In this document: in pieces, positions 50,047 through 59,192 of the stretch
Numbering within the stretch: position 1 is the first letter of the stretch
Layout: every line of letters starts with the position of its first letter
NCBI GenBank assembly: GCA_964657595.1
Contig: CAZZVR010000001.1
Span: 17,580 to 81,579, forward strand
From: Burkholderia sp. PAMC 26561
Lineage (GTDB): Bacteria; Actinomycetota; Thermoleophilia; Solirubrobacterales; Solirubrobacteraceae
DNA length: 64,000 bases
Reading direction: 5' to 3'
Notes under the pieces: generated by a model
What the model was told of the DNA's origin: nothing
The model's database searches: none
What the model saw: the letters and a program-made list of their open reading frames with translations, nothing else
Program-made: the position numbers and the translations under genes

Positions 50047-50822
50047 GCCGCGTCGCCCTGGTCACCGGCGCCGCCCGCGGCATCGGGGCTGCGACGGTGG
50101 CCCAGCTCAACGCCGAGGGCTGGTCGATCGTGGCCGTCGACCGGGCCGCCGACGACCCCCGTCTGCCCTACGCGATGGGCACCCCCATGCAGCTCGACGC
50201 CGTCGTCGACGCCTGCACCGACGCCGTCGCGGTGCATGCCGACGTGGCCGACCGCGTGGGCATGACCGCCGCCGTCGCGCTCGCCGAGACCCGCTTCGGC
50301 GGACTCGACGCCGTCCTCGCCTGCGCCGGGGTGATCGCCGGAGGCGTCCCGCTGTGGGAGATGCCCGTCGACCAGGAGGAGGCGGTCCTGGAGACCGACC
50401 TCATCGGCGTGATGACCGCCGCCCGGGTGGGGATTCCCGCGCTGCTGCGCCGCCCCGAGCCGCGGACCGGTCGCTTTGTGGCCATCGCCTCCGCCGCAGC
50501 GACCCGCGGGCTACCGATGCTCGCCGCCTACTGCGCCGCCAAGGCGGGCGTGGTCGGACTGGTGCATGCCCTGGCCATGGAGCTGCGCGGCACCGGCGTC
50601 ACCGCCAACGCGGTGGCGCCCGGCTCGACCGACACGCCGATCCTCGCCGAGAGTGCCCGCCTTTATGACCTGCACAGCGGCGAGTCCTTCGCCTCCCAGC
50701 AGCCGATCGAGCGGCTGCTCGAGCCCGCAGAGATCGCCGCCATGCTCGTCTGGCTCGCCGGTGAGCGCGCCGGTGGCGTCACCGGGGCGCTGATCCCGGT
50801 CGACGGCGGCCTCACCGTGTGA
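50043..50822 (+). CDS. Mycofactocin-locus SDR oxidoreductase
   Basis: TGAARGIG, DDPRLPY insertion, YCAAK; lies between mftE and mftF. Confidence 0.88.
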   Translation: MSRVALVTGAARGIGAATVAQLNAEGWSIVAVDRAADDPRLPYAMGTPMQLDAVVDACTDAVAVHADVADRVGMTAAVALAETRFGGLDAVLACAGVIAGGVPLWEMPVDQEEAVLETDLIGVMTAARVGIPALLRRPEPRTGRFVAIASAAATRGLPMLAAYCAAKAGVVGLVHALAMELRGTGVTANAVAPGSTDTPILAESARLYDLHSGESFASQQPIERLLEPAEIAAMLVWLAGERAGGVTGALIPVDGGLTV

Positions 50823-52264
50823 GCCAGCCGCTCCAGCTTGACCTCGATCACCTCACGCGCGTCTTCAACGACGGGCGGACCATCCTGGGTGGCGATCCCC
50901 CACGGGTTCTCCGTCTGACCGCGGGAGGCGCGGAGGCCGTCCGCGAGATGCTTGCGGGAGGCGCGGCGAACACGCCGACGCTCCAGGCGCTCACCCGGCG
51001 GCTCATCGACGCCGGCATCGCCCATCCCCGCCCGGTCAGGGCCCCCGTCACCGATGTCACGGTGATCATCCCGGTGCATGACCGGCCCGAGGAGCTGAAT
51101 CGCTGCCTCGCCGCACTCGGCGAAGTGCCGACACTCGTGGTCGATGACGGCTCCGCGGACGTCGAGGCGGTCGCCGCGGTGTGTCGTCGTCACGGTGCTG
51201 GGTTGCTGCGCCGGGACACCGCGGGTGGCCCAGCCACGGCTCGCAACACCGGACTGCTGCACGCCGGCACTGAGCTCGTCGCCTTCCTCGACTCCGATTG
51301 CGTGCCCGCGGCCGGTTGGCTGGCCATCCTGTGCGGCGTCCTCCGCGATCCGACGGTCGGCGCGGCAGCTCCGCGTATTCGCCCGCTGAACCGCGATGGC
51401 GACGACGGCGGCGGGGCCCTCGCTCGGTACGCCGCCGACCGCTCTCCGCTCGACCTCGGCGCCCACCCAGCGACGGTACTGCCCGGTGGGCGGGTCGCCT
51501 ACGTGCCGACCGCTGCTCTGCTGGCGCGTCGGGCCGCGCTTGGCGACGGCTTTGACCCGGCCCTGCGCTACGGCGAGGACGTCGATCTCGTCTGGCGCAT
51601 CCACGACCGCGGCTGGCGCGTGGTCTATGAGCCCGCCGCGACGGTCCGCCATGCCGAACCGGCACGCGCCGGCCAGCTTTTGCGCCGCCGCTTTGCCTAC
51701 GGCACCTCGGCCGGCCCGCTCGCCCGGCGTCACCCTGAGCGGCTCGCGCCCGTGCGTTTGCATCCCCGCCCCGCGGCGATCACCGCCCTGGCGCTTGCGC
51801 GCCGCCCGCGCGCAGCCGCTCTGTTGACCGGCGCCCATGTCGCTCTCACCGCCCGGGCACTGGGCCGGGTCGACGTGCCCGCCGGTGCCGCGGCCAGCCT
51901 GGCGTTGCGCGGTCTGGCCGACAGCGCCGTGGCAATCGGCCGGGCGACCACGATGCTGCTTCCCGGCGTGCTCGCCGTGGGCCTGACTCGACGAGCGACC
52001 GCACCGTCGGCCCTGGCGCTCCTGCTCGCCGAGCCGGCCCGCGGCTGGGTGCGCCCCACCCGCAGCCTCGACCCGGTCCGCTGGACTGGCCTCGCGGTCG
52101 CCGACGACGTCGCCTACGGGGCGGGCGTGTGGCTCGGCGCGTTACGCGCCCGCACCACCGCTCCCCTCCGCCCAGCGGTGGCAAGCCAGCTGAAACCCAG
52201 GGATCAGAGCGAGGCCGAGACGAGCCTCAGACACTGCCTACGGGGCTGGTGGGCTGCGCGGTAG
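50819..52264 (+). CDS. mftF: Mycofactocin glycosyltransferase
   Basis: GT2 motifs VDDGS, FLDSD, SPLDLG, GEDVD. Confidence 0.92.
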   Translation: MSQPLQLDLDHLTRVFNDGRTILGGDPPRVLRLTAGGAEAVREMLAGGAANTPTLQALTRRLIDAGIAHPRPVRAPVTDVTVIIPVHDRPEELNRCLAALGEVPTLVVDDGSADVEAVAAVCRRHGAGLLRRDTAGGPATARNTGLLHAGTELVAFLDSDCVPAAGWLAILCGVLRDPTVGAAAPRIRPLNRDGDDGGGALARYAADRSPLDLGAHPATVLPGGRVAYVPTAALLARRAALGDGFDPALRYGEDVDLVWRIHDRGWRVVYEPAATVRHAEPARAGQLLRRRFAYGTSAGPLARRHPERLAPVRLHPRPAAITALALARRPRAAALLTGAHVALTARALGRVDVPAGAAASLALRGLADSAVAIGRATTMLLPGVLAVGLTRRATAPSALALLLAEPARGWVRPTRSLDPVRWTGLAVADDVAYGAGVWLGALRARTTAPLRPAVASQLKPRDQSEAETSLRHCLRGWWAAR

Positions 52265-54287
52265 CCGCCTGCGCATCAGCCATTGCGATCGACGGTGTAC
52301 TGCCCAGGACTTTCTCGCCTGATATGACGGTGCCGTCCGCGTAGCGGAACGTGTAGTTCTCGTAGTCGGGCCGGCGGGTGAACTCCCAATACTCGAGGTT
52401 GAGAAAAGGCATCACAAAAGTGACGCGGCCCTTGGAGTTGCGGTAGTAGGTGCCAAAGCCGGGATGTGTCCACACCGTGGTGGCGTGGATCTCGTCCACA
52501 AGCTGGTTGTACCGCTCAGTCACATCCTCACGAGCATCCACTGCGGTGACGCCCATCTCGAGCATCCCGGTGATCAGATCCCGCAGGTAACGCATCTGCA
52601 CCTCCATGAAGTACATGAAGCTCCCGCTGCCGGGGAACGAGTGCGGGCCGCCCAGCATGAAGAAGTTCGGGAAGCCAGGGATGGTGACCCCCAGGTACGC
52701 TTTCGGGTCGTCCTCCTCCCACACCTCACGCAGATGCGCACCCTGTACTCCGTAGACGTCGAGCGAGTCGAGGAAGTAGGACGCGTCGAACCCGGTCGCC
52801 CAGATGATCACGTCGACTGGGTATTCCTGGCCCGTCTGGCTGACAGGACCGGCCGCTGTGACCGACGAGACTCCCTCGGTGACGAGTGAGACGTTGTCGC
52901 GCCGGAGCATCTTGAACCAGCCATTGTCCATGAGGATGCGTTTGCCGAAGGGCGGATAGTCGGGCACCGACTTCTCGATGAGGTCGGGACGGCCTTCCAG
53001 CTGTTCCAGGATGTACCGGGTGTAAAAGCGACGGTGCCCGTCGTTGCGGGCGTTGACGGAACGCTCTGGATGGTCCCACTCGGGATCGACGCGAAGGGCT
53101 TCGATGACCTTGTCCCCGAACTGCCAGAACATGCGCAACCAGTACCAGGCGTGGTAGAGGCGCACAGTACGCAGCAGCATGCGCTGCTCTCCAACAATCT
53201 CCTTGCGGAACATCGGGAATGGCGCGATCCACTGCGGGGAGCGTTGGAAGATCGTCAGGTGTTCGACATCGGTCGCGATCTTGGGCGAGATCTGCTGGGA
53301 GCTTGCTCCGACGCCGATGACTGCAACGCGCTTTCCCTTCAGGTCAAGCCCTTCGGGCCAGCGCGACGAGTGGAACTGAGTGCCGCTGAAGCTCTCGATA
53401 CCCGGGATTTTGGGGAGCTTTGGCTTGTTGAGCGATCCCACCGCAGTGATGACAACGTTCGCGGTGTGCTCCTCGACGCTTCCGTCAGCCGATCGCACCG
53501 CCACGGTCCAAAGACTCGTGCTGTCGTCGAAAGTTGCACTGAGCACTTCTGTATCGAAGCGGACGTGCGGCCGAATGCCGAGCTCCTCCACCGCGTCCGC
53601 GAAGTACTGATGGAGCTCGTCGCGCAACTCGAAGTGCTGTTTCCAGTCACGATCAAAAAACGAGAACGAGTAGAGGTGGCTCGGGGTATCGACGCCGGCG
53701 CCCGGGTACGTGTTGTCGTGCCAGACGCCGCCGGCGGCCGACCGCCGTTCGAAGACCGTGTAATCCGCGCCCATCTGCTCCAGGTAGTGTGCGCCGGCGA
53801 TCCCGGCGATGCCCAACCCGATCATGATGAACTTGAATCCCTCGGGCGCCTGAAGCGGCTTTGTTTCGATTACGGCTTCCCCGGTCGCAGAGCGGCGGTG
53901 TATCTCCCCCGCAAGCAACGGGCCGTATCGGCCGTCGATCTCTTCCCCGAGGAAGATGCTCGTGAGCTTGACCGCCGCCTCCGGGGACAGAGTTGCGATG
54001 GCGGGGACGCCGCCGTTTTGAAGGTGCAGCAGAGCCTGGGCGCCGGCGACACGGATTTCGTCTTGGACCTCCTCGGGCAACCCACCCGAGTCATGTGCCG
54101 TCAGGCCCTTTCCTCGGGTCGGCCGGTAGCGTTCCTCGAGCCACCTCTCGTCGCCTGTCACCTGGTAGACGACCATCAACAGCGTGGGGATGTTCGCCAC
54201 GCGCACCGCATCCCACACGTTCGTCTCGTCCAAGACCGGGACGTGGCCGCTGCCGTCAGCTGACCTTTGCGCTCTGTGCTCCGTCAT
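52227..54287 (-). CDS. Baeyer-Villiger monooxygenase with N-terminal extension (HAPMO-like)
   Basis: GGVWHDNTYPG, FSGTQFHSSRWP, IGVGAS, ATGF. Confidence 0.88.
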   Translation of the reverse strand: MTEHRAQRSADGSGHVPVLDETNVWDAVRVANIPTLLMVVYQVTGDERWLEERYRPTRGKGLTAHDSGGLPEEVQDEIRVAGAQALLHLQNGGVPAIATLSPEAAVKLTSIFLGEEIDGRYGPLLAGEIHRRSATGEAVIETKPLQAPEGFKFIMIGLGIAGIAGAHYLEQMGADYTVFERRSAAGGVWHDNTYPGAGVDTPSHLYSFSFFDRDWKQHFELRDELHQYFADAVEELGIRPHVRFDTEVLSATFDDSTSLWTVAVRSADGSVEEHTANVVITAVGSLNKPKLPKIPGIESFSGTQFHSSRWPEGLDLKGKRVAVIGVGASSQQISPKIATDVEHLTIFQRSPQWIAPFPMFRKEIVGEQRMLLRTVRLYHAWYWLRMFWQFGDKVIEALRVDPEWDHPERSVNARNDGHRRFYTRYILEQLEGRPDLIEKSVPDYPPFGKRILMDNGWFKMLRRDNVSLVTEGVSSVTAAGPVSQTGQEYPVDVIIWATGFDASYFLDSLDVYGVQGAHLREVWEEDDPKAYLGVTIPGFPNFFMLGGPHSFPGSGSFMYFMEVQMRYLRDLITGMLEMGVTAVDAREDVTERYNQLVDEIHATTVWTHPGFGTYYRNSKGRVTFVMPFLNLEYWEFTRRPDYENYTFRYADGTVISGEKVLGSTPSIAMADAQAATAQPTSPVGSV

Positions 54288-54683
54288 TTGTCGCTTCACT
54301 ATCCGATCTACGCTCAACGGCGTCCGTCTCTCATGGCCCGCCGTCTTTCACGGCTTCAGGACCCCTCTCGGGGAGAAGTCGTCTACGTTAATGTTGACGG
54401 TTACCCCGACTCCTGTCAACTTGACCGTTGACGTCGAGCCATGAACGTCATCCAGCACCACGATGCAGTGAGTTGAACGACCGAGCCCCCCGCGGATCTC
54501 GCAGACGGCTCAATGTCATATCCGGCTGATCTCAGGTTGCTGGTCTGGGTGTTTCTGCGGCCGCGTCGCGTGCGCGTGCGCGTGCTCGGACCCACGCCCG
54601 TGCTTCGATCGCGCGTTCGCGGTTGCTCGCGCCGAGTGCGACCGGCAGCACCGCCCGGGATATGAACTTTGGACCGGCCTGGT

Positions 54684-55190
54684 TCAGCTGCCGACGAGAC
54701 GATCTCGGAGCCGGCGCAATGAGGCTGCGTCAGCCGCTTCGATCACGATCTCCCCGTCCTGGAGGGCAATCGACAGCTTGCGCGAGACGCGCGCACCAAC
54801 GATCCACGCGTTCCGCACTGACGAGCGCGGGTGCGCCAGTACTGCGGCAGGCCCTTGCCCGCCCTGTGAGACGAAGATGAGGCGATCGCGGGTCAACGCG
54901 AGGAAGCCGTTCCGGCGATCGATCTCGCCGGCGAGGAACTCGACCACGAACTCGCCATCGGCAAGCTCGACACCCCAGCCCATGAGCAACTCGGGAACTG
55001 TCAGCGCTTCGCGATCGGCGCGCTGCCGTCCACCCCGCCAGCGATTGGCGGACCGAATGACCTTCCGATCGGGAAACGCGACCGGAGCCGGCGCGAGCAG
55101 CAACGAGCCGTCAGGTCGCTCCTCGACGACGAGATAATCGCCGGACCGGTCGCCGGTCAGACTCACGTGTACCGCTTGCGGTCTGGCCAC
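54684..55190 (-). CDS. Hypothetical protein, possible C-terminal bacterial PH-like domain
   Basis: GFLALTRDRLIFV...VRN...KLSI pattern. Confidence 0.55.
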   Translation of the reverse strand: MARPQAVHVSLTGDRSGDYLVVEERPDGSLLLAPAPVAFPDRKVIRSANRWRGGRQRADREALTVPELLMGWGVELADGEFVVEFLAGEIDRRNGFLALTRDRLIFVSQGGQGPAAVLAHPRSSVRNAWIVGARVSRKLSIALQDGEIVIEAADAASLRRLRDRLVGS

Positions 55191-55255
55191 CGCGAGAGTC
55201 TCTCATGCCTGCCATGAGCCCGCTATTCCTGTCCGCTGCAGGCCCCGGTAAGCGC

Positions 55256-55567
55256 TCAGAGCGTCCCCTGCTCGGGCGTCCCCGCCGGATGGGGCGTCAG
55301 CCGCTGGACATCCATCGGGCTGACCAGCTTGCCCTCCAGGCGCACCAGCAAATCGTGCAGCGCCGGGCTCTTGGAGTGCGCCTGAATCGCCTCCAGACTG
55401 GCCCACTTCTCGATCATGACGACCCGGTCCTCGCTCTCCTGGAGGGCGTAGAGCTCACATCCCTCATCGTTGGCGTGGACGGGTGGAATTGCCTCCGCGA
55501 AGGCGGCGATCACCTCGTCGCGATGCTCCGGGATGGGAATGGCGGTGGCGACGATGATGACGCTCAT
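55256..55567 (-). CDS. ABM-family putative quinol monooxygenase (paralog of 42223)
   Basis: GCELYALQE...IEKW; GGAGG RBS. Confidence 0.87.
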   Translation of the reverse strand: MSVIIVATAIPIPEHRDEVIAAFAEAIPPVHANDEGCELYALQESEDRVVMIEKWASLEAIQAHSKSPALHDLLVRLEGKLVSPMDVQRLTPHPAGTPEQGTL

Positions 55568-55613
55568 GGGGGGCCTCCTGGCGCTGGGGTGTGATTGAGA
55601 AGAACGGTACGGG

Positions 55614-56567
55614 TCAACGGTCGAAGAAGCGCGAGAGCCCTGCCGCGACGTCTCGGTAGGTGCGCGCGGTCGCCAGACGTCCGCGGCCGAGGCGAGCCAG
55701 GTCGCGACCGAGCTCGGGATCGTTCTCACCGGTGACGTCAAGCAGGACGTCGAGGCGTCCCAGCGCCGCCGCGGCCTGGCGCGGGTCCGGCCCGGCGTTG
55801 TGCACGCAGTCCGACAGCAGGATGGCTCGGGTGTCCGTGCTGCGGGCACCGGCGAGCTCCCGCGCGGCCACCTCCAGCGGGAACGCGACATTGGTCAGCC
55901 CACGCGCAGGGATGCGCAGCATGTCCTCCAGCAGCTCCCTGGGATCACGGCGCTGGCCGAGGTGCGCCAGCACCGCGGCGTCTGACCAGAAGGCGACGAC
56001 GCCGAGGTCGTCGTCGACCAGCTCACCCGCGAGCGCTCCGACGGTCGCCGCGGCGGTGGCGATCCGCTCCCCCCGCATCGAGCCCGACACGTCGACGAGC
56101 AGCACGACCGCCCGCCGGGTGCGGATCCGTTCACGCACGAAGATGTCCTCATCCGTCGGTCGCGGGTGCTCGACCAGCGCCGCGAGGGTCGCGTCGAGAT
56201 CAACCTCATCCGACCCGCCGCGATAGCGCCGGCTGACCAGCTCACCCCCCGCACCGCGCGATGCGGTCTCCCGCCGCGGACGCGGCAGCGCGAGCCGGGC
56301 GGCGATCTCCTGGGCGCGACGCAGCGTCGCGGCGTCGACTGCCGCGTCCCGGTCGACCTCGGTCAGCGCACCCTGCTCATCGGTCGTGCCCGGCAGGCTG
56401 GCGCCGGGCGACTTGGGAACCGGGCCGCGCCGGTCGCCGTCCCCCGACAGCGCGTCGCCCCCACCGCCGGAGGCCGACGCGTCATGCAGCGTCGGCGCCT
56501 CATCCAGCTGCTTGGGACGCCGGCGCAACGGCCGCATTCCCGACTTCTGAGAACCCCGCCGGGTCAA
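55614..56567 (-). CDS. Linker + VWA domain protein (in frame with the upstream AAA+ ORF)
   Basis: MIDAS DVSGS, GLTN, LSD; own start codon doubtful. Confidence 0.85.
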   Translation of the reverse strand: MTRRGSQKSGMRPLRRRPKQLDEAPTLHDASASGGGGDALSGDGDRRGPVPKSPGASLPGTTDEQGALTEVDRDAAVDAATLRRAQEIAARLALPRPRRETASRGAGGELVSRRYRGGSDEVDLDATLAALVEHPRPTDEDIFVRERIRTRRAVVLLVDVSGSMRGERIATAAATVGALAGELVDDDLGVVAFWSDAAVLAHLGQRRDPRELLEDMLRIPARGLTNVAFPLEVAARELAGARSTDTRAILLSDCVHNAGPDPRQAAAALGRLDVLLDVTGENDPELGRDLARLGRGRLATARTYRDVAAGLSRFFDR

Positions 56568-56594
56568 CGGCGAATCGAGGCCCTCCAGAGCTCT

Positions 56595-57512
56595 TCAACC
56601 AGGGTCGGCCGCCGCCGGTTCCAGGATGAAGTGGTCCTCCCAGATCCGTCGCAGCACTTGCTCCGGAGTGATCTCAGCCGTCTCATCGAGATAGATGCGT
56701 CCGGATAGCGCGAGGACCATCCCGTCGAACACGACGTCTCTGTAACGGTCGTCGTCCGGGTCGCTCACCCCCGCCATCTCCAGCAGCTGCCCGGTCACCA
56801 GCGTCAGATCGATCGCCCCGCGCACACTCGAACCCTGCCGCAGATCATCCTGAGCCCGGGTCGCGCGCGTCAAGGCGACAGCGTCCTGCACGAGCCGGTC
56901 CCATAGACCGGCGCTCAACTCCGCCCGTCCGGTCCGTTGCGTGACGATGTCACGCTCAGCCCCGGCGTCCTGATAGCCGACCGCCAAACGGCACATCCGG
57001 TCATGCACCGAGGTCGACAACCGCGTCGTCCCCACGTTGTCGAACGGATTCATCGAGGCGATCACCCGAAAACTCTCCAGCGCGGTGATCACCCCGACGC
57101 GCGGGATCGCCACCTGACGCTCGGCCATCGCGGTCAACAACGTGTTCAACGTGTCCTCAGGGGCCCGGTTGAACTCCTCCATGTACAGGAAGCCACCCGT
57201 GCGCATCGCCTCGACCAGCGGCCCTTCCGTGAAGTTCTCAGCCGTGTAATCCTCGCGCAGCACCCGGGAGGGATCGTGATGGCCCAACAGCCGGGCCGGG
57301 GTCAGATCGGCGTTGCCCTCGACGAACAGCAGCGGCACCCCCCACTCACTGGTGATCGCCCGCAACAGCGTCGACTTGCTCGTCCCGGGCGGGCCCTCGA
57401 GCAGGATGTCGCACCCGGCCGCGACCGCGGCGAGCACGAGGTCGAGCTCGTGCTCGCGACCGACGACGTGACCCCGGATGCGCTCCCGGGCCGCCAGCAG
57501 CTCGGCATTCAC
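56595..57512 (-). CDS. MoxR-family AAA+ ATPase
   Basis: GPPGTSKS Walker A, YMEEFNR Walker B, ASMNP, DR; GTG overlaps the SDR stop (GTGA). Confidence 0.92.
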   Translation of the reverse strand: MNAELLAARERIRGHVVGREHELDLVLAAVAAGCDILLEGPPGTSKSTLLRAITSEWGVPLLFVEGNADLTPARLLGHHDPSRVLREDYTAENFTEGPLVEAMRTGGFLYMEEFNRAPEDTLNTLLTAMAERQVAIPRVGVITALESFRVIASMNPFDNVGTTRLSTSVHDRMCRLAVGYQDAGAERDIVTQRTGRAELSAGLWDRLVQDAVALTRATRAQDDLRQGSSVRGAIDLTLVTGQLLEMAGVSDPDDDRYRDVVFDGMVLALSGRIYLDETAEITPEQVLRRIWEDHFILEPAAADPG

Positions 57513-58351
57513 TTGACGGTGTACCCCGCGTCGACCTTCAGCTCGAGGCCGGTGATGTAGCGCGCCTCCTCGGAGGCGAGGAACAGCACCGCATTGGAGA
57601 TGTCCACCGGCTCCACCCAGGGAACCGGGAGGCTGTTGATCGCGGTGAAGATCGGCTCCGCATCCGCCTGGGTCGGTGCGTCGTGATCGGGCATGAACAG
57701 TTTGTACAGGGATTCGTTCTGGATCATCGGCGTGTTGACCGACGTCGGGTGCACCGAGTTGACCCGGATCCGATGTGGTGCCAGCTCGTTGGACAGCGTC
57801 CGCATGATGCCCACCACCGCGTGCTTGGATGCCGTGTAGGGCAGCACGTTGGGCGTCCCCTTCAGCCCGGCCGTCGAGCTGGTGAGGATGATCGAGCCGC
57901 CGCTGCCCTGCTCGACGAGCGCGGGGATGACCGCCTTGCATGTGTGCCAGACGCCCTTGGCGTTGATGTCGTTGACCTCGTCCCACTGGGCGTCGGTGAC
58001 GTTCTGGCTCTCCTGGCCGAACACGAAGATGCCGGCGTTGGCCGACACGATGTCGATCCGTCCCAGCTGGGCGAGTCCGTCCTCGAAGGCGCGCTTGAGC
58101 GCATCGAAGTCACGCACGTCGGCCTGGCTGGCCACGATGCGACGGTCGAGCGCCTCGACCTGGCGCACCGTCTCGGCGAGATCCTCCGGCGTGGCGCCGT
58201 CATAGAACGGAGCCACCTCTGGCAGGGTCTGACAGATGTCGACGGCGATGATGTCGGCACCCTCCTGCGCCAGGCGGATCGCATGGGAGCGACCCTGGCC
58301 ACGAGCCGCACCGGTGATGAAGGCGACCTTGCCCTCCACGCGGCCACTCAT
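57509..58351 (-). CDS. Mycofactocin-coupled SDR oxidoreductase
   Basis: TGAARGQGRSHA, DIC, YTASKH. Confidence 0.93.
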   Translation of the reverse strand: MSGRVEGKVAFITGAARGQGRSHAIRLAQEGADIIAVDICQTLPEVAPFYDGATPEDLAETVRQVEALDRRIVASQADVRDFDALKRAFEDGLAQLGRIDIVSANAGIFVFGQESQNVTDAQWDEVNDINAKGVWHTCKAVIPALVEQGSGGSIILTSSTAGLKGTPNVLPYTASKHAVVGIMRTLSNELAPHRIRVNSVHPTSVNTPMIQNESLYKLFMPDHDAPTQADAEPIFTAINSLPVPWVEPVDISNAVLFLASEEARYITGLELKVDAGYTVK

Positions 58352-59178
58352 TTGATCACCGCCCCGGCGTCGACGGGCAGTGCCACACCGGTGATGTATC
58401 GGCCCTCATCGGAGGCGAGGAACAGCAGCGCATTGGAGATGTCTCGCGGCTCCACCCAGGGGATGGGCAGGACGTTGAGCGACTGGGACGCCGGTGCGAA
58501 GTCCTCGCGCGTCGGGTTCTCCGCCGCCGGGTCGAACAACCGGTAGGTCGCCTCGTTCATGATCATCGGCGTGTCGACCTGCGTCGGGCACAGGGCGTTG
58601 ACGCGGATCATGTCGGGCCCGAGCTCGAGCGCGAGCGTCTTCATCAGTCCGATGACACCGTGTTTGGCCGCCACGTAGTGCGCGGTGTTCGCAAAGCCGA
58701 TCAGCCCCGCGGCTGAGCTGGTGAGGATCAGCGAGCCGCCGCGGCCACCGGCCCTGATGTGCGGGATGGCCGCCTTGGCGGCGTGCCACACCCCGGTGAG
58801 GTTCGTGTCGATCATGTCCTGCCACTGGCGCTCCTCCATGTCGAACGGCGCGGGACTCGAGATACCGGCGTTCGCCGAGACGACGTCGAGTCGGCCGAGC
58901 TCGGCCACGCCTGCGTCGACCGCGGCCTTGACGGCACCGTAGTCTCGGACGTCGGCCTGGGTCGCGATGATCCGGCGGTCGAGTGCCTCGACGGCCTCGA
59001 TCGTCTCGGCCAGGTCCTTCGGCGTCGCCATCCCGTAGGGCACCGAGTCGATCTGGGAGCAGATGTCGATGGCGATGATGTCCGCGCCCTCCTCGGCCAG
59101 GCGGATCGCGTGGCTGCGTCCCTGGCCGCGCGCGGCCCCGGTGACGAAGGCGACCTTGTCCTTCAAACGATCAGGCAT
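58348..59178 (-). CDS. Mycofactocin-coupled SDR (carveol dehydrogenase LimC-like)
   Basis: TGAARGQGRSHA, PTQVDTPMI, ENPTREDF, LPIPWVE. Confidence 0.93.
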   Translation of the reverse strand: MPDRLKDKVAFVTGAARGQGRSHAIRLAEEGADIIAIDICSQIDSVPYGMATPKDLAETIEAVEALDRRIIATQADVRDYGAVKAAVDAGVAELGRLDVVSANAGISSPAPFDMEERQWQDMIDTNLTGVWHAAKAAIPHIRAGGRGGSLILTSSAAGLIGFANTAHYVAAKHGVIGLMKTLALELGPDMIRVNALCPTQVDTPMIMNEATYRLFDPAAENPTREDFAPASQSLNVLPIPWVEPRDISNALLFLASDEGRYITGVALPVDAGAVIK

Positions 59179-59192
59179 CTCTCTCCTGGGGT

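Noticed and set aside
54563-54585. Short GCGCGT-like tandem repeat
   Set aside because: Only about three units; unremarkable at this GC content.
56595-56597. Selenocysteine reading of the in-frame UGA
   Set aside because: The position is at a domain-linker boundary with no redox motif, and no sel genes are in the window. Readthrough or mutation is more plausible, though Sec is not formally excluded.
56595-57986. 463-aa version of the AAA+ ORF
   Set aside because: The first 158 aa are an off-frame overlap with the SDR; the real start is GTG 57512.
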